This document shows, piece after piece, positions 43,897 to 58,194 of a stretch of DNA of 64,000 nt. The translations under genes and the position numbers were made by a program. Below the pieces are notes generated by a model. That model did no database searches, was not told the origin of the DNA, and saw only the letters and a list, made by a program, of their open reading frames with translations. Within the stretch, counting starts at the first letter, position 1, and each line of letters begins with the position of its first letter. This stretch comes from Azolla caroliniana (lineage: Eukaryota > Plantae > Polypodiophyta): the NCBI GenBank assembly GCA_043228905.1, contig JBHGNT010000006.1:2976001-3040000 (forward strand), written 5' to 3'.

Positions 43897-46800
43897 TTAC
43901 AACCCCTCAAACACAGCAAAAATATCTCCTCCTACATAGTCATTATCAACAAGGCTCACCAAGAAATATGTGTCCTTAACCTGATAAAAAACATAAAGCA
44001 TTTTAGCTTTCTCTCTGTATATATATGTATACAAATAGAGCTGTTGTACATACACACATACATATATACATATATACATGCACACATGTATATGTATGGA
44101 TATACATACACATATGTCTTTATGTATGCATATGGATATGGATACATATCTGTAAATGCACATCTATGTATACATATACATATACATGTGCATTTACAGA
44201 TATGTATCCATATCCATATGCATACATAAAGACATCTATACGGGCGTATTTATGCATATATGTATGCATGTAAATTTATGTATGTTAGCAATATCTATAT
44301 TAAAGGAGAGCTAAAAAACTATCTAGACTAAGAGTACCTCTTTGAGAATATCCTTTGAAGAATCATTTTCCGGATAGAGGGATGCCCACTCTACTTCCCA
44401 TGCCATGAAGGCCTCATCCTTCCACACAATGAAGCTAGCTGGATCAACCACTGTAGGTTGAACTACTTCCTTCGCAGGGAAAACACCCCATGTCACGGCA
44501 TTAACATCAGTTGGTTCAATATTAGAACGTATCTCACTCTTGTCATTAATTGCAATATAAGTAAGAGCTGGTGTGTGTTCAATTTTTTCTATCAGTTTCT
44601 GAAGCTTCTCTGGTGCACAAAAAAACTCCAAGTATGCCTTCTGATAAACATAGCCACCAGGACCTCCCCATCCTACCATCATTATGAACAACCATAGTGA
44701 TTATGAGCGAAATACATTTGTTACAAATTATAGAAGAACATCAGTACGTATACCCCCTAACTTCTTGCATATTTACCCGGTTTTAAAATTTTATTAGAAT
44801 ACCCCTTGCCTGGGATATTCTAGATAAATCTGTGAAAATTGAGGGCATCTATATCAATGTCTTTAAATACAGAAACCTCACTAGAGGATTACCGAAAGTA
44901 AGGGAATCTGACTTCTCCCCATTAACAGAAGGCTGACTATTTATTGTAAGAAAACCTCTGGTATTGATGTCTACAAGCTTTGTATTTATTTTTGCAGTCT
45001 CTGGCTGCAAACCTTCTAATTCTGACCATGGGTGGCTATTGATGGTGCTGCCACAATATTTAGCAAAAAGCTGCAAATAAAAAATAGTTATATCACAGCA
45101 TAATTCAGTACTCAATGGAAAAATACCTTAATGGATTTCAATAGCCAATACCTCATTCACATGTTCGATGCTCTTCAAAGGCACAACCCACTCAACTTGA
45201 ATTTGTTTGTTCCGCGTTCGTCTTCTGAGGAACTGCTCATAGAAACACAAGTTAAAGAAACAATTCAGAAAATGATAATAATGGAAGTGTGAAACTGTTT
45301 GCTAGAGGAAATAACCTGATAATCAGAATATGCTCCATATGCAGGATTTCGTGTATCTCCCCATTTCCCAGAAGGAAAGTCTTCCCAACTTCCCGTCCTC
45401 GATATGTAGCTTCTTGGCCGGTTAGCCCTGAAAGACAACCAAAACTATTGTAGCAAGCCATTTATCTCATAATGTTTATTCTTTATATCCTAAGAAGCCC
45501 TTTGTCTCATTAAGTTTCTCTATGTTATAAAAAGTCATTTGCACAATAAGAGTATTTTTCTCAAATGTCCAGCACATAAACATCCTACCAGAAAATCGGT
45601 CTCACATCCTCCTTGACACGTCGAATATTTGTGGGTGGCCTCCATGGTAATGGCCTTCTTATTTTTGAAACCTCGATGATTCCAAGGTTCTGAATAAAAG
45701 AAAGCAAATGAACAAGTTTCTAAATATATCATTCCAAACATTATTATTTTCCTTCTAATTTCTGAAACTTTCATTCCCAGTGTTATAAGAACAATTATCC
45801 TTCCAAACTACCAAATAGATTCAATTTCTACTTCTACTTTATTCCAGAAATAACACCTGACAAGGTATGAGTTGACACGATAACAGAAAAATAATTAATA
45901 ATTCACAATACAAAATTCGAAATTACAAAACTTGTAATAAGCTGCTGTCACATAATAATAATGTGAAAGCCAATCAAGCAAAAAAAATGTTCTATGTAAG
46001 TCACTACATACCTCAAGAATGCCAACAGCTGATTTCTCCAGGTTGAGAGTGTACATGTGTAGGTGCTTGATACCATGTGCCAAGATTTTCTTACACATTT
46101 CCGTTCCAAGATGGATTCCATACGCTGCCACAGCTTTATCATCATCCTGAATTGCCTCCAACGCAGTACTTACATCGGCTGGTATCTAGGATTCAAAGTT
46201 TAAGAAGCATAACAGAGTTAATGCCTTTGAGCATATAGAGAGAAGAGCATTGTACCACTTTAAACAAAGTATTATACCTTTGTCTTGCAAAATCCAGTCA
46301 TTCGCTTAAAACCCTTGTAGTTATTAATGGGCATGATCCCTGGGATAATTGGACAAGTGATTCCAATTTGGCGGCAATCATTATAGAATTTAAGAAATAT
46401 ATCAGTGTCATAGAAAAGTTGAGTGATAATAACATCTGCTCCTGCATCAACCTACAAAAAGAAGTGCACAATTGATTATTTCCAACTCTAATCTACTACT
46501 TGTTGAACGAAGCGTTATCAAACATCTATAGCCAGAAGTGGTTAGAAGTTATGACCGAAGTATCATTCGCAAGCCATCAATAGCGAAGAAGCATCAAAAA
46601 TTAATATGAAATATAGATAGACATGTGCATACATGCATGCACATAGGACATATGTTATACATACATACATACAAACATAAATGAATGCAAGCATCAATAG
46701 TCACATGCAGTTAGACCTTAGGACAAAATACAGCAAACCTTCAATACAGGAGAAGCATCATCAAATTTCCTAACTAGAAAGATAGATACACACACATGTA

Positions 46801-47819
46801 TGTATGCATACATGCATACATACACAGACACACTTCTGTCCGTGGATACATGCATACACATTCCACATTGTTTATATTCAAACATACTGTGGTGAACCCA
46901 TGAGAAATTTATAGTTCAAATCATCATGAACTTATAATGTTCTAATGAACCAGTTTAACGAATGAAAACCAATCACATTAACAATGTACTTTCTACCTTT
47001 TCTTTAAGATAGATTAGATCCTTCTGATATGCTTCTTCTGTAGCGCCTTCCTCACTTGTTATTGCATCTGGATGTGCCTCTGTAACAGAAAATTGGAAAA
47101 AGAATAGTAACTAGCAAAGAAAACAGAAATATTATACCCAAAATAGCTGAAATCACCTATGAAATTACCAGGATATCCTGCTACAGTAATCCCAAAATAA
47201 TCGCCATATGTAGCACGCATGTGTCGCACCTGACAATTTAAAATTATGGAATGCCACTGTATAAGCCCTCCGTGCACAGGTTATAAGGAAAGTGATACTC
47301 TTGGAAGACACCATGCTTACAAGATCAAGTGCACAAGAGAATCCACCCGACACTTGTACAAATTTATCCTGGCCATGTGGTGGATCACCTCGAAGCGCAA
47401 GAACATTCTCAATCCCATTTGCCTTGATACTTTCTAATGCTTTATCAATTTTCTCTACTGGCATGTTAGTGCATGTGAGGTGCATCATTGATTCCACGCA
47501 TATCTATGCACACATCAGTCAGATTATCCGAATATATAAAGGAATGTGATCATGATCTAGGTCTATTCAAAACTAGAAAAAAAGAATCAAAAGCATATAC
47601 CATATTTTGCATTTTTATTGCAATGTCAAGAGTTACATCGGCTGTAGACCCTCCAGCACCCCATGTGATGTCACAAAAAAGTGGCTGAAGTGCTACCATG
47701 CGATCTAGACGTTCATATAAGTTCTCTACTCCCTCTTCAGTTCGAGGGGGGAAATACTCAAAGGAGAATGTAACTTGATCATGTTGTGATGCATTTTTTA
47801 TCTTGTCAATAACCTTCAT
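43897..47819 (-). CDS. MTHFR: Methylenetetrahydrofolate reductase, 12 coding exons
   Basis: Exons 47819-47601, 47503-47321, 47229-47169, 47079-46997, 46451-46278, 46185-46012, 45689-45589, 45427-45316, 45232-45152, 45070-44893, 44672-44338, 43980-43897. Motifs [58 protein letters not shown] probable long 5'-UTR intron reaches donor sites near 49768/49818. Confidence 0.96.
44114..44235. repeat. Perfect 50-bp inverted repeat with 22-nt loop in the last MTHFR intron
   Basis: 44114-44163 (atgtctttatgtatgcatatggatatggatacatatctgtaaatgcacat) is the exact reverse complement of 44186-44235. Confidence 0.92.
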
Positions 47820-47857
47820 GGTCGATTATAACTGCAGACATGAGTTTTGAGAGAAAA

Positions 47858-48248
47858 CATTATCACTAAAATACTTGGTTCAGCTTGTACATAGCTATGT
47901 TTGAACGATCGATTCCATGACAATAAGCACAGAAGACTAAAGCTTAAATAACTGTAGATATCACAGAAAAATAAGCACAACTCCAGAGAGAAAAGCCAAA
48001 CGAAACCAAATAAAAAGTATGGTGTACAAGATGAAATTTACCCTAGTTTGTTCTGCATCATGTATCAATTCGACGCATATTTCAGATATTTCTCAAAATC
48101 TTTTAAATGGTAACAAATAAGGAAAATCATTATCACTAAAAATACTTGGTTCAGCTTGTAGATAGCTATGTTCTGCATCATGAATCAATTCTACGCATAT
48201 TTCCGATACTTCTCAAGAATCTTTTAAATGGTAACAAATACGGAAAAT
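47858..48248. repeat. Local duplication in the MTHFR 5' intron
   Basis: cattatcactaaaatacttggttcagcttgta at 47858 and 48128; ttctgcatcatg.atcaattc.acgcatatt...ggtaacaaata at 48051 and 48171. Confidence 0.8.
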
Positions 48249-50009
48249 CTAAATCATTCTCACACTGTCTCTCTTTGGTTGTTGGCATCAAAGAATGTTG
48301 AGAGAACCAAGGTTGATCCCCACCCTTGGTTCCGTATCATAGATCATATTCAGTCTCCCCAAGACATTACTAATCTATCTAGTTCCACAGTCTCTCTTAG
48401 GAATTACAGATCCAAGAGGTCCCAAGATCTGCAGACCCATATTTCTTAACCATGACTATTGCAATGGAATTACCAAAAGAAGACTCAGTATTGATTATAT
48501 CTTGCTATTATTCTTTGTCCTCTTCATACTTCTTCCATCAGTTTACCATTTGCTTCTGTAAATCTACTTGTTTTCTTAAATGTATTGTACTTAAAACATC
48601 TAAATTGGGGATCCTACAATAATAATGCTCTCAATTAACGGCTATTAGGTGACTCATATATTGCTGAAGTTCAACAGATGTTGATAAATTTCTATGGCTA
48701 TGGATGAATGTGTAATGAAAGCAACATGAATTTCTACATATTATGGATAAACGTAGGTCATATATGCATCTATAGGCAATCAATTGGAGACCAAAATAAT
48801 AGATATTGAATTAAATATATGTCACCCTGAGAACCAAGGTTTGAACCAATTGCAAATCTGAATGGTTTGAAGCAATTCCTAGAGCTTGTAAATCCAGAAT
48901 CCACAGTTCTGTGAGGCATTTCGAATGTGATTGATTCCTTTGTATTATGTGATCTAGTGGTTATTCTTTATTTTCTTCGTTTTCTTGATTCTTTCAACAT
49001 GGGAAGTTTTAATGAGGTTTCTTAGGATGGCATTCCACACAATGGTGACATTATTATACCCACAGATACATCAGATCTGTCTTAACACATCAGCAGTATG
49101 CAAAGATTAATGCAGCTTCCAATACACATTTCATCGGCAATCATAAAATTTATCAAGGCCTATGGATATGGAGCAACATATAGGTTACATAATACCCATA
49201 AATAAAGAACATTATTAGGATAGGATCTCAATTTGGGGGTTTTAAGTGCAGTATATCAAATTTTCACATATCAATTCCGGAATTAACCTGAAAAGATTAG
49301 ATTTTTAAACTCTCATGAATTGACTAATTCGCCAAGACAAGCACAGTTCTTCATTTTTTTAGCAATGATTTTGAAGAACACAAGCAGATCTGGGGCGAGT
49401 TTTTCGTTGTCATCTGTCAGATCTCCATCCCTGATATGCAGATGGATGTTTCGTTACAATGTATGATGCAAGAACAAACTAGAACACACTTACGCAGAGA
49501 GAGGAAGAGAGAAATGCAAGTAACACTTACTATTTTGACAGAAATCCAACAAAATGTAAACGAGAAGAAGAAAGTGAGAGAACGGAGAGCATAAAAGAGG
49601 AATGGGAAAGCTCATACATGAGAAAGAGGGAGAGGGAGGGAGATTGTGTGGGTGTGTGTGTATGCGCAAATGCAGATCCAGTAAAATAAGAAGAAGATCA
49701 AAAGAGAGAGAGTGGGAGAGAGGGAGGATTCGAACCCACCACCTTGTGTTGATAACCTAATAGCTTACCTTGAGAGACAGAAGGAGAGAGTAACAGACAG
49801 AAAGAGCGAGGGACATACCTGATGAGTTTTGAAAGAAGATAATGCAGGATCTCAGATGTGCTGTGTTCTCCTCTCTTCTCTTCTTTAAGCTCTCTCTCGC
49901 TCTCTCTCTCTTCTCGAACACTCAGAGAGACAGCGAGAGAATGAACGAATAGATGTGTTTTGCAGTCTGCAGATGTATATCTATACAGTATATGTATACG
50001 TATACAGTA

Positions 50010-50268
<259 letters not shown>

Positions 50269-51525
50269 CTTTTGGAAAACAAAAAGAATTAAAGGATTTG
50301 TCAAATTTCTTTTGGCCAAAGACATGTACCCTCATACTTTATATTGAATGTTTTGTGTTTCAAGAATAAACAAAGAAAGGTGATGAGATCCACCCCACCC
50401 ATTGTTTGGCGGTGCAAGATCAGCCACATGCTCTTGCTTCCGTATTTTCTCTTGTTAGATTGTGACCGAAGATTGATTACCATTTCCAACCTTATTGGTC
50501 ACGGAACAAGGGGGGGAACTGAGGCGAAATCGGCAAGTTATTGTGGTGTTTTTTTTTTACATTCGTTGTTTCGCAACCTATGATTGGGACCCTGGATGAA
50601 AAGGTTGTTTATGAACTATTTGTCTCACCTCCTAAGTATCATGGATCTCCCCTCTGTAGTGGTATTTCATGAAAACACATGGTTAGCCCATTGTTGCTTT
50701 CAAGACCTTATGTACAAACCTACTTATGAAGTTCACGATATAGTCCTCGAAGGATTCTTCATATGGATTGAGATTTAAATTTTAAAGGAGTTCTTAGGCT
50801 ACATGGGTATGAGTAGGATAAGAAAAAGGCTTCCAAAATCCTTTCATTTAACATCCTTGGATTCTTCCCAATTCAGGAAACGAAGGATACATGTGGGTGT
50901 GAACCACACAATTAAAACCACCATATAAGTATAGTTTTAATGCATCGTGTTGATTCGTCTAAATGTTTAGATTATCTCTAGATGTCAAACTAACTTTTAC
51001 ACAGTTCAGACTTGTGTTTAACATATAGTAAAGACCTTTTCTCCATAACTTCTCTTAATTTTGTTTATTCTCTCTTAATTTATCCATGTTGTACATTTGT
51101 TTTCAATTACATGTCTTAAGCTTCCCCACTTAAGTTCTTTTTCCATCTACTACTTAGAGATTTGAAATGATATTTAAAAACATTTTACTCAATGCACATT
51201 AAATACATATATAGCTTCAACCAATCCATCATATGCATATCAACCAACACACATGACATGAGGAATTGCTTTGTACATGGCCTTTTGCACATTTGTTGGC
51301 ACCCTTGTTACATTATACTCAAGTCTGGTAATCTCGGTAATCTATACAAATTATCACATTATTCCCAATCTCGTAAAGTGTCTAACCGAAATTAATGGTT
51401 TAAGGTTAGGATTTATTTCGAGTTGGGATTAATGAGTATACGAGGATTGATTCCCCAAGAATGATTATTCGAATCCAATCATTTTTACATATTATATCAA
51501 TGGTTAATCGGTATTGGGTTGCCTC

Positions 51526-53580
51526 TCAATCATCATGCACATAATCTACATCATCGGTTGTAGCATCTTGATATTGTTGATACTCTGAGATCAAGTCATT
51601 CATGTTACTCTCAGCCTCAATAAACTCATACTCATCCATGCCTTCCATAGTGTACCGATGCAAGAATGCCTTTCTCCTAAACATGACCATAAATTTCTCA
51701 CTTAGTCGGTGAAACATTTCTTGGATTGAAGTCGAATTACCAAGAAAAGTGGAGGACATCTTCAACCCTAGAGGGGGTATGTCACAAATACTTGATTTCA
51801 CATTGTTTGGGATCCATTCAACAAAGTAAGATGAATTCTTGTTTTGCACATTCATTATTTGATCATCCACTTCTTTGGTGCTCATCTTTCCACGAAACAT
51901 AGTCAATGCTGTGAGGTACTTTCCATGTCGAGGATCAACCGCACACATCATGTTCCGAGCATCCCACATTTGTTGTGTAAGTTCAAGGACTGTCAAAGCC
52001 CTAAACAGTTGTGAGTTCCTCGAAGTAAGTGGTGCAAAACCGACCATGAAAAAGTGAAGGCGAGGGAATGGAATAAGATTCACTGCAATCTTCCTTAAAT
52101 CTGCATTCAATTGGCCAGGAAATCTAAGGCAACATGTAATACCACTCATTGTTGAAGAAATGAGATGATTGAGATCTCCAACTGCATGAAAAGAAGTAAG
52201 GCATTTGAATATGCGTTACATAGGAAGTTCCTTTGTGATACCAAAATGAAACTACATCTAAGGCATCTATGTTATATAGTTCAACTTATCAACACATATT
52301 CCACCCTTCTCGTTAACCCAACCTTGGCATTATTATGACACATCAATGGCCAAGAAAAGCAACACCCCCACTTTGTAAATGATATAGGGGGTTTTAGATC
52401 CACAAACCAAATAAAATAGGGTAAGTTTAATCAACCTACATGTAGGTGATGTGAGCTTCAACGTCTGAAAGCAAATGTCATATAATGCTTCGTTATCCAA
52501 GACTATGCATTCGTCGGAATTCTCTATGAGTTGATTTATCGAGAGAGTTGCATTATAAGGTTCGACAACCGTGTTTGAAACTTTCAATGATGGGAAGACG
52601 GAGAAGGTAAGCATCATCCGATCGGGGTATTCTTCTCTAATCTTCGACATAAGGAGTGTTCCCATGCCAGAGCCAGTGCCCCCACCAAGAGAATGGCATA
52701 GTTGAAAACCTGGATGATACCAAAATCTTAATACAATAGAACAAGGCCGTTAAACAATAGAACAAGAAGTTTTCGACCTTTTCACATACTAGGAAGATAG
52801 TAATTTTCCCACATATTAGGAAAGAGACCATTAATTTTCCTCCTGTTTTCATTTGATGTTTTATAGTGAACACTAATAGCTCACTAAAATGAGTTTATTC
52901 TGTACACAAGAAGGAGCATAACCTAGCTGGTTGCAACCATTGGTTTTAGCCTAACAAGATGTTTTAACTTATGGGAAAAGATCCAACTTCCCCTCATATT
53001 TCCCCACTATACTTGACATTATGAGTTATCGATGGGCAAGCCTAAGTACGCCTAGTGGGCATGCCAAGAGGTTAAAAATATTGGACCTTGTGGGTATATA
53101 GGATACATACATGATTTCAGTAGTCTTTAAGAGGTTAAAAAATATTGGACCTTGGAGGCAATCGCAGGTCTCGGCTTCTCGACGGATGACATCGAGGACA
53201 GGGTCGATGAGCTCGGCGCCTTCGGTGTAATGACCCTTGGCCCAGTTATTGCCAGCGCCAGAGTGTGCGGACACGAAGTTGTCGGGGCGGAAGAGGCGTC
53301 CGAAGGGGCCGGACCGGAGGGTGGACATGGGGCCGGGCTCGAGGTCGAGGAGGACGGCGCGGGGGACGTAGCGGGGGGGCCCGCCCGTGGACACCTCGTT
53401 GTAGTATACGTTCACGCGCTCAAGCTGCACGTGGGATTGGGATTGGGATGGAGCCGGGTGGTCGCCCGCCATGTGTTGGCCCGTCTCATCGATCCCGTGC
53501 TCTCGGGAGACCGTCTCCCAGAACTTGGCGCCCATTTGGTTCCCACACTGCCCTGCCTGGATATGCACAATCTCCCTCAT
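51526..53580 (-). CDS. TUB: Beta-tubulin, divergent, 3 exons
   Basis: Exons 53580-53151, 52709-52440, 52181-51526 at the canonical plant beta-tubulin intron positions. MREI start, [36 protein letters not shown]. No premature stop. Confidence 0.92.
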
Positions 53581-56500
53581 CTTCTTCCTGATTGGATTTA
53601 GTTCCCCCAGCCCACCCCCACAGAAGAATTGAAGCAGAAGCAGAAGCAGAAGCAGAAGAAGAAAGAATAAGAAGAAGAAGAAGAGATTGACCTTGACTTC
53701 TCTTGCTGACTTGGCCCGCCCGGACAGCCATGGACACTTGGCCGGCTCTCCCCTGTCCCAGGGCCATCAACACGTCCATCCTCTTTCGTCTCCCATGGCC
53801 ACCACTCTCTTTTACCAATGGACCCCAAACATATTGTGTGTGCCCCGTGGCCTTCCTTAACTTGTCGCCTATTCTTCTTCTTCTTTTGTAGCCCCGCAAT
53901 TCCCCGAACGGACTCCGTATACGTTTGTTTACTTGTCCCTCCCTTGCTCTCCAATCTTTCCTTCCTTCCCTCCAGCTCCCCCACTTGTCCTCTTGTGGTT
54001 CGCTCTCTCGGTTGCCTACCGATGAACCGCGTATTTATTTTTGGCCTTTGCTTCGTCCCTCACATGCATATTCACTGGTAGCAATATATATTGTCCTCTC
54101 TTGACATCTTGTGGCATTGCTCTTCTTCTTCTTCTTCTTCGTGTTGTTGCTCCAACTTACAAAGTTACAACGCATGACGAAATGTAGGTGTGGTCAATCA
54201 GTTTTCGTAAAGGAAACTAGTACCCCTCATGATGCATCACCCATATAATAAAAAAACGATAACATGTCCCACTAAACATTTATGTTCAGAAGAAGAGTCA
54301 TCCATCGATAAGATTTTGGATATCTTGTGCATCCTATCCACTCATTATTCTCTAGAGTCTATATCTCCGCGAAAGTTAGATCTAAAAATATTTGATGTTG
54401 TACTATGTATAAAACAAATTGAGGAAGTCAAGACTCTCACATGATAATTACGATTAAACCCTTAATTTAAGGTCATTAGATATATCAAAGGAGTAATGAT
54501 TGCCCTTAATTTACCTAGTAACCAACAATTAGCTTAACATGCCTCTCAATATCCATCAACATAGAGGCATCTAATTGAAGCAACTTTTGATAAGTAGAAA
54601 GAATAATTGAAGTTGTTTCCACTTTTCCCTATTTAATATAGACCCACTTTGAAATTTAAAACTTATTTTTGGAAAATAAAAATAAAAATAAATTTAAAAC
54701 TTAAAACTAGATTAGTTTTTCAATTTGTCATATGCACGCTTCATAATTAGCATACAAACTTCTAATACCACTAATCAAGAAATGTTTACATTTTAATATG
54801 AGATAATTGAACACAATAATTGTTTCTCGTTTCTTAAAATTAATTATTGCTTAATATAAAACTCAACATGACCAAGAAATTTAGTTTGAACATCCATTGC
54901 ATATATGTATAATGTATATATATATATATATACAAACAAAGAATAAACAAGCAAATTTATGTAATGTTTTTATGTGATAAGCATATTTTGGTGGCTTTTC
55001 CTTTATGTGTGAGTGTGTGTGTGTATATATATATACATTATACATATATGAAATGGACGTTCAGACTAAATGACAATACTATGAACACGCACTATCATTT
55101 CTTTTTACCAAAAAAGAATATACTCCTTTAGTTAAAATATACACAAACTATCCCTTTCTTGGGTAGGCCAAGCCAAGACTATCCTATCCTACATAAGAGA
55201 TCTCGCTTATTTATCTTACACTTTCACATATGGCTCTAGCCATTCTTTCATGCACATCAGCTACATTCACTATCCCATAAGCCATGTCTTTCACACCCCT
55301 GGTTCATCTAATGGGAGGGGGGAACAACCATTTGGGTACTTCATACTTCCATAGTATATCCATTCCATTTGTTGCGGCCATCGGTGTAGTACACCATCGC
55401 TTTCAAAAATTCAGCCTCATTAGTTATGTAGCATCATTAGTACCATCAATCTGCTCATATTGAGCTCTTAGTGTAGTTATTAGTGTGTGCCAACATGCAG
55501 TATCATTTCTTTGCACTTGTGGTTCTCAATGAAGCATATGGAAATTATTCACTTGCTATAAAGTGTGATTGAAATATAATTAAACATGGAAGAATGACAA
55601 TTGCACCTAAGTATTATATTCTCGTTGACAATTGTACAACAACGCCTTTAAATTAGAGTAGCCTTGCAAGAGGCTAAGATCATAACATGGATGATGGAAC
55701 AATGTTAATGTGTGTCCCATCTTTTGTGAGGCCAATCAATGAAGATTCATTGTGGGTGCATGTACCCTCAACATTCCAAACTAAGGACGAAAATGAGAAG
55801 CAATCATAGAATAGTTGGAACTTCCTTCTAACGACGATGATAAATAACAAGCATGAAAACATGCAAAATATTATCCAACATTATATGCGTTTCCTTGACG
55901 TTTTGAATATTATAATTCACTATTTTTTGTATCAACATTAATTAGAGACACTCTATCCAAGGTCATCCATAATATATAGCTACATTTCTACTTTTATAAG
56001 TTACATCAACATACATTGACAAAGTCAATTAGCCCTAGTATCTAGACTTGATGTCTCTTTGTTCCATGATCATGTGTTATCTTTAGGTTTCCATAATTTT
56101 GAGTTTTGTATTTTATTTGCAAATTCACATATTTGGATATTTTATGACCTTTAGACGAAGATAGTAAAGATCATTGATCATTTCTATTTTTGTAGAAAAG
56201 AGTTTTGAGGCCAAAGATGATTAAGTCATACTAGGTTTTGTTGAGTGCGAACAAGTGTCAGCAATCCAATTACCCCACGTGCTTGAACAATGAACTAGAA
56301 GGTGCATTAAAGAAAGTAGTTAACCATTGTATTTAACCACCTCCCATTTAAAGATCAACCATGTGAAACATCAAGGTTAGCTAAAGATATACTAGTTGAA
56401 TGTAGTTTGAGAATACCCTAGGTTTTGTCCTTGCCCACAAAACTAATGACCTCCTTCATGCAAGGTAATAATAAACATGGATAAAAGTTGGGGTACTAAA

Positions 56501-57099
56501 AATAAAGAAGTTATGAGGTTCTCGGACCACTTTGGTTCAATGCTAGTCTTTGACTACAAATGTTTTGGTATTTTTCTTGGTCTTCTTGTACATAAATGTG
56601 AAATCCTCTTTCTTTCTTTTTCCAAATCAATAGGTGGAGCATGAATGCCTTATTGCAACCATTGAGGAAATATGGACTTTGTATTGCCATTGGTTCAAGA
56701 CTACTTGGGGACAAATGCTTGGAAAGCTTTTGACGGCTTTTATGAGATGAAGAACGAGAACAATATCCAAATTCCATAACCTAAATCATCCTCTGAGGGT
56801 GAAAGAGGTTATCACAATGATAAAACACCTTAAAGAACGAACAACAACAAGTGAGGTGGCAATTGGGTTGTGTGAGGCTCGTGTTGAGGGGATTTTGTCG
56901 AGTAATACTATGTTGAGGCTTTGTTGTTTCCTTTATACATGTAGTTTTCTTGTAGCCATGCAAATTGGCTTGTAACATATGAGTTGTATATTATCCTATG
57001 CACTTTTTCTTAACTAATGGAAGTAATAAATTTTGTTTTGGAAAAAAAAAACTAAGGCACAAAGTGAGAAAAACACAAGCATATTATGCATAATCACTA

Positions 57100-57960
57100 C
57101 CATATATACCGTACTCCAAGCAGAAAAACCTACAATGTTAATTTACAAGATTTTTGCTAAGATAATTACCAATAGGTTGCAAAAATACTTGCCAACATTT
57201 AGTCATTGTGCTCATATTTTGCATAATATTTTTAAGTGTAAAAACAGCCATGGACTTTGTTTAGGAGAATGCTCAAGAGTAAGAGTTAGTGATGATATAG
57301 TTAGATTTGGAAAAACATACAATAATATAAATTGGTCATTTGTAATGGAGCTACTATATATTCTAAGATTTTATGAAAGAAAGAAAGAAAGATATATTAA
57401 CGTCTTTTAAGAGGTCAAAATGGCCAATAAGACCAAACAAGAGACACTCTCGTCAAGATTTATATACTTTAGGGGAGGGGTCACTATCTCACATACTAAA
57501 TAGAGGTGCCACCCAACCCATTCCACTTAGAAAAATAGCCAGGGAAGGGTGTCCAATAAGTCCCTTACTATTTGCAATTATTACACCTCTTATTTTGACA
57601 ACGTTGCATCATGTGGCAAGGGTGGGAGATTTGGTTGCTTTATGGCTACCCTTGTGATTTTTTTGCATTCCACAAGGTTTGGTGGATGACTATTTCATGT
57701 TTTGGACACCACACAAGAGGATATTGGGAATGTGATGAAAGTTTGGAACTATATGTTGTAGCCTCTAGTTTGAGGATCAATATACACAAATAAGTTTTCA
57801 TATCGTGTACAAAGAGGGATTTCTGTGACCTTGGTTGGGTAGGAGAGATAGATCCTCATATGGTATGATTTCGCAACATATAGGATCCTCAGTAAATGGG
57901 TAACTCAATAAATAGAAAATTTCATGTATTAGAAGATGTTACCATGGTCATTCCGTATTT
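57100..57960 (+). mobile_element. Degenerate LINE (L1-like) reverse transcriptase remnant
   Basis: YKIFAKIITNRLQKYLP, FGKTYNNINWSF, REGCPISPLLFAI and LRINIHK motifs spread across shifted frames with stops. Confidence 0.8.
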
Positions 57961-58194
57961 GAGTTAGAGTTGTGCAATCAATAATGATTCTTGTGGTGTC
58001 ATAATTATTTTCCTATATTACCATGGTCTTGGAGGGTCACCACCAAATGAGGCTTGGGCTTAGGGTTGGGCTCGGGCTCAGGTTTCGGCTCAGGGTCGGG
58101 ATGGGGACTCCTTTCCATACTAATTATTGGCCTCCTCTAACATTGGTGTCGCTCCTAGCTTCCGCTTACATATTTTCGTACACAATAGAAATTG

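Noticed and set aside
43897-44273. YI/HT-rich ORFs on both strands
   Set aside because: Low-complexity intron sequence; only 43897-43980 is a real MTHFR exon.
53152-54081. Overlapping 100-149 aa ORFs around the tubulin 5' end
   Set aside because: Antisense or alternative-frame shadows of a GC-rich exon and CT-rich leader, with no recognisable domains.
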